A stretch of 64,000 nucleotides of DNA from Phoronis australis (lineage: Eukaryota; Animalia; Phoronida), in NCBI GenBank assembly GCA_002633005.1, contig NMRA01000125.1:394413-458412 (forward strand). Reading direction: 5' to 3'. Below the pieces are notes generated by a model that saw nothing but the letters and a program-made list of their open reading frames with translations, had not been told where the DNA came from and searched no databases. Positions 26,501-41,500 of the stretch are shown here, piece by piece. The translations under genes were made by a program, and so were the position numbers. How positions within the stretch are numbered: the stretch's first letter is position 1; each line of letters opens with the position of its first letter.

Positions 26501-29500
26501 CAGGTTCATGTATGTAGCGCGCGCTTCCTGGCCACATGCGTTTAGCACAGAGTTATTTTTATTCATGAGACAGTCGATGTGTCTACTGAAAGGTCAGACC
26601 ATAGTGGGACGCGGTCGTCGCGAGAGCCTAGCAACGCTGTTGCGTTCTTTTTGAAGCGCTGCGTTACTTTGAAGTGTAAAGTCACGGCTAAATACAACCT
26701 TAGCAGTGCCGCTGGTGGTCTAGAAGACCCGTGCAAAAATTTTTTGATAAATTGAAGACGTTACTGTAGCCGAGTTTTAGGACTGTAAGTATGTCATTGT
26801 TCGCATGTACACGTTCATGGACTGGGCGCTTATTTCAGCAAAGTCTGAAAACGCGTGGGGGGTGCTTATAGGGGCATGGGCGGTTATTACGGCGAATACG
26901 GTAAATCCTAGTATGTTTGGTGCCACTCAGATATTGTTCCCGAATAAAATAAATACGGGGATAAATATTGCAATTAGTTTTAATGCATTAGCACATGGTT
27001 ACACCACAGTTGCCATGTCTTCCATTCAACATCCTTTTTAGTATGTGTGCACGTTAGAGTAAAAATTATACAGCAGTCTACCAAAGAGGCTGGGAAAGGA
27101 CACAAGTCACTCACAGACGTCCCAGATCTTGAGCACCTGTTTGATGTCCGTTATTTTGTGCAGGAAACTGGGTCTCAAAATCAGGAATCCCCAAAAAAGT
27201 CTTGATAATGCAATGGCATTTACCACAAATGGCCCTGTCACACAAGGTACTAATTCTCAGTAATTCAGGTTTTTGAAAACAGGAATAAACCAAATGAGAA
27301 CTGATTAATGTGCTGTACCATCTGAGCAAGAAACCAGGGATGGTGTCACATTCGAGGAGTATTTTCGGCTGAACTTGTCCGTTTTCATTAGTTCCCAGCT
27401 TATTTCATGGTTACAGGCTCAGACATTCTGAGAATGAGCTTGTGCGACACGGCCTAACAGGTACTCTGTCTTGCTAATGCAATTCACGAAGTGGTTACAC
27501 AGAAATGTCACCCAACCTGTCTGTAGTCGTTGACAAAGTACATCTCCACATAACGTGTGTCGGCATTCTCATTCCAAGGCCCTTTGACATCTCGCCGTAC
27601 CTACAACAAGCCAGCAATATTCAACTTGAAACTATGGTGCAAAAAATCTTATCAAATAATGTAACCAGTGTTGTCAGCATCCTGGCAAAAAAGGAACCAC
27701 AGTTCGTTGAAATCTCACAGTACATTGAAATCTCACAAATTCGTTGAAATCTCACAAATTTAGGACATAACATGGTGGAAAAGTGAGTTTTCATGTTTTA
27801 ATTTTTCAATTAAAACATGAGTAGCTCACCAAATAAATGCTTGGACATTTTAATTTTTAAACAACAGCTGTCATCACATAACGTGTTTAGAGATCATGGA
27901 CGTTCACAGCAATGTTGGAAGCCTTTGAAAAGTGAAAAAAGGTCAATGTTTTAATGTCCAAAATTCTTGAGTTATTCCAGTTATGATCAATGGAACCAAA
28001 ATTCCAACAAGTAAGTCTTTTGAACACCATGAACTCGAGAATCAGGAATTAAACTAGGCAATAACTTCCCGGGACTGATGTCCAATTGGCCATCCATACA
28101 AATCACTTACGCCATCTTCCCTTTACTAAGTATTTCAGATGAAAGTGGTTTCCAAAACAAACATCAATCTAGTCTACTGTAAGGCATTGTCAGGCAGACT
28201 AATATCCAACATGACACAGACTGGTACACAGCCCAGTTATGCACCATTCTTAAAGAGTTGCTACTGATGCAGCTGATATTCTGATAATTACACTGCTGGC
28301 CGACCAGGGTTGATGATATTGTGGGTTGTTGGTGGTTCTTGAACTTAAACTGTAAATGGCGAATGAAACAACAGAATACACGGTTTCCCCATCAAGGCAA
28401 CTAATTCCGTTATAACAACAAAAATCACTGACAATGACTATCGTTGCAATAAGTTGTAACTACAGAATGACTTAGCAACCTTGCTAACTTTCCATTTATT
28501 TCTCCTTCGTTCCAATCAAGAGGGAAGCCTACTCCGACAAATTTGGATTCTACCCTGCAGGAATGACGGAGAATTTTGTGTCCTTTGGTCTGATTACTTG
28601 TGACTGGTACTGTATTTATTGGCAAAGCACAAAGTACTGTGAAACTGGTTTTCTAATGACCTCTAATACCATGCACCTTCCCAAGTCGATCTACATACCC
28701 TCTGGTGGGCTTTCCTGTGACTGTTGTCAAGCAGAGTGCTTAGCTGCAGTGGATAGGATGACCCGTCGATGGAATGGTTAAGATCTAGCCTGTGTTCCGT
28801 TTTGTATATAAGATGCTCGTGATTGGTAGAGTTAGATGGCTCGATGTAAAATTGATCGTCACCATGGATAAGACCTCTGCAAACAAAAATAGTTTTCATG
28901 AACAACAGGAAAACTTAAAATAGTAAGCTGTTGACTTTTCATGAACATCATAGTGAAAAATTGGGAAATTTTCAAATCCTTAATATTACTTTTCAAAGTT
29001 CACTTTTATTATTATTAGTATTTCTTGGTACTCACAGCTGCAACTTTGATGGAAATAGACACAGTTTGACAAATTTAAAGTAGAATTTTTTTAAAGCTCT
29101 TGTTGCACTCCAATCTATGCCCACATTACCATAACAACTATTTTGACAAGAAACCTCAAAAATGATACACGATCAAATAATTTCTTCAAAACTGGCCTTC
29201 AAAACACTTATCGTATCTAGAATACACTAACACCAAACAAAGCAAATAGGCCTACTTATAATTTCATGTTTTTCTTTCATGACTGTCAAAAAACTCTTGG
29301 CAATATTACATAATTTGCCACATCTTCTGTACTTGTTTAAGAATTTCTAAGATTTGTCCATTTTGTGTACTTCATATAAAGATGTTTGTGATTTGCCTCA
29401 AGCTAATACATAAATCGATGCTAATTCCTTCGTTTCTGATCAGCAATACATTAACAATAATCAACTTCTATCGTAACTGCGCCAGGCCATATTATACACA

Positions 29501-32500
29501 GTAATGAATGCATCAGACGAATGTCTTCCATCAAAAGACGAACTAGACATTTGAACATCACAAACCCAACCAACGTTTGATAAAATCGTGCTAAACATTG
29601 ATTAGATTTATTTTGATGGTTACCCGACTCACATCATTAACTCACAGAAGAGGAAATTTTTTAACAAACTATTTGCGAGAATGGCTGCATTGTAAATCTC
29701 ACCAGTGCAACAGTTCACAATGAGCACTATTTTGTGGGTGGGTGGGTCTACTCTGGTCTTATCTTTAGACCACTGGCTAAAAAAAACTTGAGCAAGCACA
29801 AACTCTAAATTCCTTTCTCTAGAACAGTGTTATTAGAAAACGTTGAATTAAGTTTTGAGAGCGGCTAAATAATCATGGTTAACCATCACTTACTTTGAGC
29901 ACGATAGACACCATTACTTTATCATATAAGTAGCACCAAATAATGCTTTACCTGTTTAAACTATATCTTCTGTATACTGTAAAATCAGCATTTTTGGACA
30001 GATATAATCCCAGATTTCTCATTTTTTATTTTTCAATAGCTTCTTCTACAGTTCTTAATAAATGCCTACATTTCAAAACCTTTTCTGGTGATACCTATGA
30101 CACAGAACTTGAACATAATAAAGTAATAATAAAGTGCTGCTTAAGTGAAACCATGAGAAAACACATTGCTTGTTAGACTGAAGACATTTTACAGGTTTCT
30201 CACCTTAGCCCTTCGCATGTGCTGACAGCTACTAGAGAATCAGGCACTCCTCGCACACTACCATGGTAGTAACAGTGATAACTCTTCTGTAGAAGTTGAG
30301 GGGGAATAATAATAAAAATATAATAATAGTAACAACATGGTGGTGCACTTTCAGCAATGCATGTTTGATTGAACATAATTTTGTGGTTGAATCATCCAAA
30401 TTTAAGTGTCCTATCCCATGAACGTAATAGTGAACTGAGACTTGGATCAGTCATACGCAGGAGTTGTCTCATGTTCAATGACCTGTATACCAAATCTCAG
30501 ATGGGTATTGTGTACATAGGAGAGGACAATTAGTAAAATGTGGAATATTCAAGTACAAAGTCATGATCAATCAAATGTCATAGTTATCATAATTATAAAG
30601 CATGTTGTACGATATGAGAATGTCAAGTGAATGATAAAAGTAATTAGACCAAATACCATCACGATCATACGGAAATGCTGATAGGGACTGGTATTTTCGT
30701 ACCCTCAAATTATTCCTCGGAGGTATTTCCTATCTGTGCATGTGCAAATTTCAATCACAACAGCGAGTCATGAGATTCTTAAAATGGCTGAATGTCGTCG
30801 CACGCATCGGGATACTCTTTAACGTACTTTAAACGACAGATAAAAGTACATCAAGAGGCAGACTAAGGATGACTTCGCGGAACATTTTTGAAACCTGCTA
30901 GGCTCAAGCCATTAAATTTTACTGTCTCTTCACCAAATCCTCTTGGTTGAAGTTTGCACATGTGCAGGTATGAAACACCTGGAAGGGGTAATTGAGGCTA
31001 TGAAATTAGCATTAAGATGTTCTGAATATCATCATGACAAAGCCATTCTAGCTATTCTGACAGTGAAGTCCATTAATTTTGCACTCAGCTTGTCATGATC
31101 AGAAATACCACAAAATTTTTGCATAGGGACACAATTTGCCAGGATTTTGCATTTCACTAAATTCCGCAGGATTAAGGGAGGAAATGTTATCCACAAGTTC
31201 AGTTTGCTTACTCAATAAAATTAAAAAACAGCCTGATCTCGACTAATGGCAGTACTGCAACTTACGCTTCAGTAAGCAAACAGAACTTAATTACCAGTCT
31301 CACAGATATCTGACATTACGACATTTTCAAGGCCTGCCAATAGGTACTAACCTCTAAATGTGGCCGTTGTATCACTGGTGAGCCATCTTCTCTGTAATGC
31401 TTTTCTATATATGACTTGCTAAATATATTTCTGAAACATAAGCGACACGGGGATCATTAACTAAACAGAAATATCCTGAATTACAATTTCTAGTACTCTC
31501 AGAACCTCGTTTGTCAAATTTGTTTAATTTTAAATCACACGCAGCGTCATCTTTCAAAACCATTGTACCCAGTTCACCTTTTGGTTGAAACCTCTTGATT
31601 CTTGATACATTATCAAATTTGTTTAATTTTAAATCACGCAGTGTCATCTTTCAAAACCATTGTACCCAATTCACCTTTTGGTTGAAACCTCTTGATTCTT
31701 GATACATTATCAAATTTGTTTAATTTTAAATCACGCAGTGTCATCTTTGAAAACCATTGTACCCAATTCACCTTTTGGTTGGAACCTTTCTTTTCTTAAT
31801 ACACCCAAGTACTTCAGCAACAACCATGTGAAAAATGTTACATAAAATACACCTTCATTCTCACTAGAATGAAATATTCTATTATATAATTTGGACAAAT
31901 GAAGTTATAAACGATTACTTAGGAGTCAATAACTCCATATTGATCGCTTATGCCTTCAAATTGCCCGCTACTATGGTAACGCGATTTTAATTCCTTCTAC
32001 CAACATTTTTTGTGAAATAATGCAAATCTCATCATGATTCAATACCAGGATGTTCTTGTTTGCAAGCCACTACTTCACCACTGTTGAACTAGCACATCAG
32101 TCACCTTGAAACCTTTTTTCGTCATTTGTTTTTAAATTTTAAATACCAGGAATGCAAACCTACAGCAACAAGACAGCATTTTCCCGTTCAGTGACTTTAC
32201 CAAAGGTAGAGGGTTCTGAGCTTGTGATAACAATTCTAGCTTTCTTGTTAACTGCCAATTTTGTCAGTTGTGACAACAGGCAGACCAATTATCTGCCAGG
32301 TTTATTACAGACCAGATGAGAACACCCCAGAGTGAATTAACATTCCATAAGAATAGATTATCGTAATTTAGTTGCAATTGGGCGATTTTGGCAATTCAAA
32401 TACTAAACATGATCACTATTTGACGAATATTTCAGAAATCCTATTGGTTTGTGTTCAAATATGTTATAACTTAAGGTTATGTCCAACCTTATTTAGTGGC

Positions 32501-35500
32501 CTCCATTCTAACACTTATATCAAAAAAAAACTAAGCTTTGTCAACTTACTAGTAAAAGTAAATATTTTCTGAAAGAACAAAGACCAGGAAATATAAATAT
32601 ACTTTTTGTATTTATTTGTCATTATTATTTTTACGTAAAAACCTTTTTTAAGTAAAAATTTCATTTTTAAGAAAGGTACATTCATAGCGAAACCTTTTTT
32701 AATGAAAACTTCATCAATTACCTCAAAAACGCTGTTAGGAATTTTCGATTAGTTTGTTCATTTGGTTTCTATGACAAATAAACTCGCAAAACGTAAGGTA
32801 TTTTTTGTAAAAAATTGAAGTCGTATTCGTCTTTGCCACATTACAAAAAAATTAAGATTTTATATCAAAAATCCTAACAGCGTTTTTGAGATTGGTGACT
32901 AAATATTAAGTTTGGAAAGTTTCAGCGAAATCCATCAAGCCATTTTCGAGAACTCGTGTTCATAAGTTCAAATAAAGTCGATTTGCCAAAGCTGAGAAAA
33001 AGCTGATTAAACTGGGACACGTGAAAATCTCTAAGTCTTTGGTTAATTATTCTGTGAAAACTTGTTTTCGGTATACATAACCTATAGAATCCTTAACTAT
33101 GTCGCCTATTTCAATGTTTTCTTGCAATGTCAACTAATTTTGCAGTGCGTAACTAACTTAAATATCATTAAAACCCGAAATAGACCTATCTTTCGCAGCC
33201 AACTTCTGCCGTTTTGTACGACCTACTTAGAAAAGTAGGTCACAGTTCATAGTCTGTACACGTCACATGCTGGGAGACTGATACCAAAGGTATTTTGCTA
33301 GACACAAGTGAAATTTTGTAAAAATGGCCAATTTTTGTGAATAAGGTTGGAAATATCCTTAACTTTTATTTTTAACAGCACAGCCCAGTCAGGGTAGATA
33401 TGATCTTATTGGAGATTAGAGCAATTATCGAACAAAAGAGAGCTGGCCCTCCAATGATGACTGTCAAAATGGAGCTATTCAGTGTGTAAGATAATGGGTA
33501 CAGCGGTAAACTTGCCAACTTGTTGTAACAAGGTGCATTTTCGTAGGCTAAAATGTTCGCTGACTTTTAACAAAGGTCATTACTATGAAACACAAACTTT
33601 AGTGACACACAACTTGGGATTTCGTTAATAAACCAAATGATTGCCAATTGTTTTGCATTTCACAGAATAAAACAATTATTGACATTTCACACTCATTCAA
33701 TATGGTGGTTCACAGACCCAAAAATGTGACAATGACCTCGACTCTGCCTCAGTCATTATTATCATTAATTTAATAAAATATGTAAAAATTGGAAAATCGT
33801 ACTCACCTATTTAATTTTAGATCGAGCACCATGTTTTTGTTAAAAGCGTTGATTTCCACAGACATACCATCAGCGTGATTCTGAAACATAAGGACAAGAC
33901 ACTGAAATAAAACAATATTTATGAAGCCCAAAGAGCAACCTTGCCACCAATGGTGGGGAACATTTGCCATACAATTCTTCAGCACTGAGACAGCACAGAA
34001 GCCACGATCACATGACGCCATTTCAAATTTTTGTGGAAAGACAGTCTGATGGCGCAGGGACGAAAAAAATGCTTCATTCATTCAACATGTTGAGGTTGGA
34101 GACTTCTGTGTGAATTGTTTGATCATTCCATGTAGCACAACAATGACAATTTGATGGTACAGTGGCCACAGAATTATAACGAACTTTGAAATTTTACTCC
34201 ATACAAGAGCACCGGACACTGTCCACCAACTACTTTAGCGCCATCTAGTGACAAGGCTTACTTCACTAAGTTGCGGCTGTACCAGAAAATGGCCATTGGA
34301 CTAGAATTCTGATAAACAGCACAAGCAGTCATGAACCGAAGTTGAAGTTGATAACAAGACAATAATTCTTCGCAAAGTGTCACAAAATGGTGACGCAGAT
34401 TTCCATCCCTGAACTGAATTCTTCAGGTAAAGATTACTAGTCGCAGAAACCAACAGCAGCTCCTTTTCACATGTGGCGTAAACAATTACACCTTGTTCAG
34501 ACGTAAATGGTACACAGCAAACATAGTCCTATGAGAATCCACAAATACTGCGGCAATTAAAGTCTCGATTACAAAGCAGTGAAAAAGGGATGATTAAGAC
34601 ATGGTGGGTAGTGCGATCCAAGCGGTGATATAGCCACATGGACAATTTGTTTTGATAATTTTGTGATTGTGAAAGAATATAATATGCACGACATGTACAA
34701 GTGAAATTTTATTTTTTGATTTTCCTATGAAAGATAAGTAATATTTTTACGCATTCTAAGTCTGAAATATAACTACCACCAGGAAATATTTTGAAAAAAT
34801 GAGGACATTCACAAAATATTGGAAGGCTTTGAAAAGTGAAAATGTCTATTTTGGAAATTATTTTAGTTCGAAATTGTTGAGGTTTTACATTACTTATTCA
34901 ATAGCGGAGTTGCAACCGAATCGATTTAACGATTGCGCATGTCCGGAAATTAGGGTGCGCAAAGGCTACTGGGATTGTTGATGGTAAACGGGATGGCCGA
35001 CTGGTTTGCACGACGTGTAATTTGTGTGCATTAAACTACGCTGTTGTATGTAATTCTGCCGCTATTCGCCCTAATTAGCGCCCATGGCTCAACAAGTGCC
35101 CCAACGCGTTTTCAGACTTTGCTAAAGTAAGCGCCCAGCCCATGAACTACATGCGAAAAATGCCCTTACATACAGTTCTAACGTCTCCAATTTATCAATT
35201 GAAAGATCCGACAGCCTGAATTTGTAACGGACCACGAGCCTCACCGTTATGTCCGTATACACTTCAAACTTACGCCGCGATTCAAAAAGAACGCAGAAGT
35301 TTTGCTGCTCTTGCGAGGGATGTGCCCCACTACGCGGGTCTGGACTTTGAAAACAGACACAGCGTACTTGTCAAAGAGCGGGATTGCATTGTTTCTTTCC
35401 AGTACAGATCTTCTCCGGCCTCAAACTTCTTTGTGCATGTGAAAACCGTGAATCGAAGACTAAAAAAAAAAACTCGACCAGTGTTAGCACGCGACCAAGA

Positions 35501-38500
35501 AGCGCGCGCTGCATAATGTACCGACTGTCATCGAAGATTAATCGGGTAACATAGCATCGGCAAATAAATATTGGCACTAATTTCCGAAAGTTTCCAATAC
35601 CGTAAAAAGCTTCTGCATTATTTTTAAGAGAAATTATTTAACTAATCATAATTGGTGTTTTTAAGGTCAAAATGACCCACTTCGCACCCTTACACCCCAA
35701 ATCTTCCGGGAAATAGCTGTTACACTACGGTCACGCATCCACTCACCCGGCGACTCAATGAGTGACATGTCGGTCTTACCGAAAAAATTCTCGAACGTTT
35801 TTAGCAGATGAGGCCAGCAAGTGCTAAGCCGTAAATATTAAAACACGCTCTGCTTGACTGCTTGATTTATTTTTTTTTTTTGGATACAATGCACACCTAG
35901 ATCATTACATTACTCTGGCAAATGAACTCTGACAAGCACACGCACGCTTACTCTCACACACACGCATACAAACTTCAAAACAAACGTCACGTGACAACAA
36001 CATGTGTTCCCACAGAGATTTTTCTCGGGTTGCGTGCTACAATCTAGCGTAGATTTGGACTTAATCTGCAGTTAATCCAGACTTCACAAGAACTTAAAAA
36101 TCTTAGAGACGCTATTTGGAAAACTTGAGGAGGATTTCAGGTAATTTGTTGAGTCAAAGCTGTATTCTTATTTAAGAATTCAAGCCCTATCGACGATTGC
36201 GAGACCAGCAGCTACGCATTTGTCGGCAAGATTTCGCCCTGGAACTTCAACAAAATTTTATGAAAAATGATCGTAATTTAACAACGAATTTTGATAGCAA
36301 TGTACCACAATTTTGTAGAAAGTAAATAATAATAATCTGCACGCTTTATCTTAGCGCGTAATGCATATAGTGTGCATACGTTAAGTGAGTCGACCCAGAA
36401 CAGGTGATTGTGCAGAGGCATTATCCTCAAAATTGCTCATGTTGGCTTGGTTCTGGTCAAGCGAAAACAAGTTTTTTTTTCACTACCAACCGCCATGGAG
36501 TATTTGTTACTGTTTCTTTGAAGGGAGATATTGTTGGGCAGTTTCTAAGATACGTTTTCTTGCCGCCCTCAAAATGAGCGCTGCACACTTTATGCTACGA
36601 AGTCGGAAAGAATTCACGAAGTCGGCCTTTGCTACCAGCTCTTCCGATGTCTCTGACCCATGTTTAACGCAGTTCTTGATCCTTGGGAAACAGGTAGTAA
36701 CTAATTTTTTTATTTCGCTAACTGGTATTATAGCATGCCAGGCACACAACACGTATAACCTCCCTGTGGCCGGTTCGCCCCCACGCTTGCCGACGTACTT
36801 GTTTACCAGCTTAACCACAATGCAACATTCTGACCCATTTCCAATATGGCGGCGTTGCAACTCCGCTATTGGAGCTTCTCAAATTTACGTATTTGACACA
36901 CTTGTTTTGAAGTTGATGACTCGGACCCTTCCTCAGCCATATCACATCCAATAGATAACCACAGGATTACATCATTTTAAAATTACACAGGACCCTAGAA
37001 AAACGTTCAAATTTGACCAATTTCGGAAATTATATCTCAGAAGTGGCCGATTGCACTCAGATGAAATTTTCAGATACTGTGCACACTGTTCTCAAAATGA
37101 TAGAAATTGTTTTTAAAATGTTCCACTTTTGAGGAGCTATCAAAATAGAAGGGCTTTCATAATTTTCATGATATAAGTATGTTACCTGCATAAAACAAAA
37201 CTTATTTTTTACTAAATTTTACTAAAAAAACTTGGTCACATGACCCCATTAATGGAAGATTGGTAGAAAGTCAAAAACCAAATTCTACAGGCTTACTACT
37301 TTCAAAATTAAACCTATACCAATTTAAAATCTAAGTTTTGTAGATATTTGTGTAAATGCTCAACAGTCCTACGATTATTATTTAAAGGTGTCATTACACA
37401 GGGGTAACACTGCAGAGACGATTATTCAAGGAAGACATTTATTGCAGAAAACACTGTACATAGCCAAGTTGCAATGCGTAGAATTTTAAATGGAATAGCG
37501 ATTAGCTAAGCAAAATGGGTGCCATTACAGACAGGGGAAATGATTACATCTTAATTTGTTACCCCTTTCAGCCAGTTCATCAAATTCCAATTTTGCCCAG
37601 GGAAGTACACTTGAATGAAATGGCTAGCACACATACGAGCCAGCAGGAAATGACAAGTTTTATTCTAGCAAATAAGAAACATGCATTTGTGGAAGGCTTT
37701 TCTGACTTCAAATTACAGTTACCAGATCACATGTGAGAGGTAAATGATTGACTTAAACCCAGTATTGGAGTTAAAGCCACATTCACATCAGTGTAGTGGT
37801 CAAAATATACTGGGTTTCGCCCAGTGTTAAACTGGCTGAAAAACGAAAATGAAATTCGGCCTTTTACTCTCCTAAAATCAGTCTGACAATCTGTTATGGG
37901 ATTCTATTTTCATTAATACAAAGAACCCTGAAACAATCAATGACTCAATAAAACGCTTAGAAAAGGGCACAGGTACGCATTGCTTGTGACACGAGTTGCC
38001 GTCAGATTCGACAAAAATTCAAAACTGGATGAGCGTGATAACCTTTTTACGCCCCAAAGCAGTTCCGAAGGCAAAATTGTAACAGTAAGGATTACTATTC
38101 ACCAAACACATGTCATTCACTCAGTTCCCAGCAAGCCATGGCAACATCAAAGTAGAGTTTTTGGGCACCTACACTTACCACCAACTCATGACAAGATAAT
38201 CGTTGAAAAACCTCACTATGTACAACAGTTCGTACAGTAACAACAATTCTCAAATCCCAAATTCAACTCGCCTAATCTATGAAAATTTAGAAAAATGCAC
38301 TGTATGACTGACCTAGTTTTCAAAACGTAGCGCACCTGACACACTTCTCTGCACAACCTGAGGGCAATATGGATACACAGCATTGTGGGTAAAAAACAGG
38401 GAATCAGAGAGTGCACTAAAATTGAGTCATTTCATCCGTAGTGAATCATGCCGACAGTATTGAACAATGGCTCAGACACCACACATCAAGCAAACTAATC

Positions 38501-41500
38501 AAGTCGGATAAAACGCTGAGCACTGCAAAACTGAGGCTCAAATCATTCGCACATAATTAAATCCAAGGTATTGCAGTTTTCTAAGCTGAGTCGAAGCTGA
38601 TCTGAGGTATATGCGGAGCGAAAAAATTCAAGAATGCGAATCAGATCTAACATTATTTTTTCCATCTGTAATATTGTGCTGTGTTGAATTATACTATACA
38701 ACATTACATTTCTGCATAAAATCAATCATCACCCAGCCCTTGTTGTTAGAATTTTAAGGAGACTATCATGTTATGACCGCTGTCACGGTGTGACCGCTCT
38801 CACGATGTGACCGCTGTCACGTTGTGACCGCTGTCACGTTGTGACCTGCTGTCACGTTGTGACCTGCTGTCACGTTGTGACCTGCTGTCACGTTGTGACC
38901 TGCTGTCACGTTGTGACCTGCTGTCACGTTGTCACGTTGTCACCTGCTGTCACGTTGTGACCTGCTGTCACGTTGTGACCTGCTGTCACGTTGTGACCTG
39001 CTGTCATGTTATGACCACTGTCATGTTATGACCACTATCTTGTTATGACCCTACTCCAGCTAAACATCAACACAATACCCAAACACTACCATGATCTTTT
39101 TAACACATGCTGATTTGCCAGAGCACAGTATAGATTACACACTGCAAGTTGTCAAGAATATAAAAACAGTCTATAGTAATAAAATAATATTTGTAAGAAC
39201 TCGAGGCTTTCACGAAAATTAGATCTCCAATCATTTCTTAATTTTCGTTGACTCAACCATATAGTGAAGTCAATGACAGTTATTAAAGTCCTAAACTTAA
39301 GCATGAACTAAGCAATTAGTTCCTGTATGGTTAAACGAATCAAATCGATCATTCACAAGTTCGACATGCTACGAGCGTAGTGTTGCCAAATGCAACTCGA
39401 ACCATCTGGCACACGTCAATCAAATTTTCTATACAATGGAGATGCTCCCAAAATTCAGAAAACTGATTTCATAGTGTTCTTACCTGAATTTCAGTGAAAA
39501 TGTGGATATAATGTCCGAATATGAAGGCAAACCTGCATCACACTGGTGTCCTATCAGCCAACTAACGAGCAATTTTATCATATTACCATTACATTAAATA
39601 CGCAAAATACTAATATTCACGCCAACTGACGATCGTTATGGGCAAGCAGAGCCTTAAATGACGAGTTACATCTTGAAGTCAATGGATTATAGCCTTCTCA
39701 CAGACAGAAGGCAGATCTGTCAATAGATTTTGAGCTTTTTGGGGCAGCCGATAAGAAGGCAGATCAGATGTCTGAAATGCAACTGCCTCTTGGTTGCACG
39801 GCACGTGAATATTGCAATAAACTAAGCATCTAGGCACCTAAAAAGGAAAGGCGAATTCTGGGAAAGCCATCTTTCCGGCATACAAGGTAGCAAACCCATT
39901 TCAACAAAACTATGAGATCACCAGGATCAGAAACCACAGAATGCCAAATGTATGACTGCCCTGGTAATTAAGGCTGAAGGTTTAAAACCACTTTTTTGTA
40001 GTCCTCCAATTACTAGTGGCCACACAACACACTGGGCTAAGTGACTACATACAACATAAACTAATTCTGCGAGTCAGATTACCGACACTAACCTTTCATT
40101 TAACTTACAACATAAAAAACATTCACAAAATTTAAGAACACAGTAAAAATTCAATTTCATGCGAAAAGTAATTTCTAGAGTTTCTACTGATCACACGGCA
40201 AATATAATGCCGCTTAAATTTTACCAAATGTTTGTTATACTGTACAAACCATGCAAAAAAGCAAAGCATTCACGAAAATATTTTGAGAAAAAAGTCCAGA
40301 AAGCAACATTTTAGTTGTCCTTTATATTGCGTCCTTAACGGAGGAATTTTTACCATAATTTGGCAGTATCCCTTCTTCAAACAAAACTGCATTGAATACT
40401 ACAGTGTTGCCTAGTGCTATTAGTAATTGGATCACTTCATTTCTCATTTGTTTTTTTCTCATAAAGGTGATCAATACCATGCACTAGGCACATGGAGACA
40501 AGGGTTCCAATAATCTTTTAACATGATGAAATACACTTATTATGCTTATTATGTAGACATTACAGTAGACACATGGTAGTTGATACAGAATAAATTGGCA
40601 TAAGCTTTTCACAATTTCATGAATTTAGAGACTGAATTCAATACATTAGTTTGCTCAAAACATTAACCAAATGCAAGATTAACACTTACCTGAACGAATC
40701 ATATACTGGTAATATACAATTTACTTGCTTGCCACAGCACAGCACTGTAAAGTGCCGCCCACACAAACTTACTGTTGATGCACTTTTTTATTTTGTAGTG
40801 CGTAAGGTTACGTAATACTACATATGTCAATTGGCTAAAGCTTCTTATATAACCGACGTTCCGGTACTATCCGGCCTTCTTTACATGAACCGCTATCATA
40901 CTGGTAACGCTTACAACGCTAACGATGTTTTCATGGCGCCTAGAGCCTATATCATTGTAAGTTCATACTATTTTTTCTCATATTACCGTAGAATTCACTG
41001 GCTGTTTCTCGTATCGTCTAAGACTGTTTAGCCCATGCTGTATTACATGGAATATCTTTATTGTATTGTAACGTGAACACTGTATTTCCCAAGACTTGTT
41101 CGTTATATTTGTTTCAGTGAAACCGGCCTTGTCGGACAGTAAGCATTCAACGTCAACCTTGTTGAGAATAAACGTATCATATCCGACTATCCCGTGTGTT
41201 CAATTGACTCCTACACTTACCTTAGAACAAGTTAATCCTGAATTCCTGGAATGAGTTGTCGAAAGGTTTAAGGGCTGTGTGCATGCTATTTAAACCAGTG
41301 CAACTTGTCCCACTTACTCCATCATATCAAAGTAGAGTAAATGTTCAAACCTGGGGCAAGACAAAAGTAATTATCATCTGCGCGCCGAATTCCCATCAAC
41401 TGTTCATTGTCATGCACAGAGCGATAACTTCTTCTTTGGGCCAGTTATTGGATACGTGCGTGTGGACGCTCCACTTCAAAGTGGGGGCAAGTTGCTTACT

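Noticed and set aside
36385-36954. 189-aa and antisense 117-aa ORFs
   Set aside because: No recognisable domain; they lie among transposon debris in an intron.
38767-39050. CRISPR-like palindromic repeat array
   Set aside because: No unique spacers, no cas genes, eukaryotic intron context.
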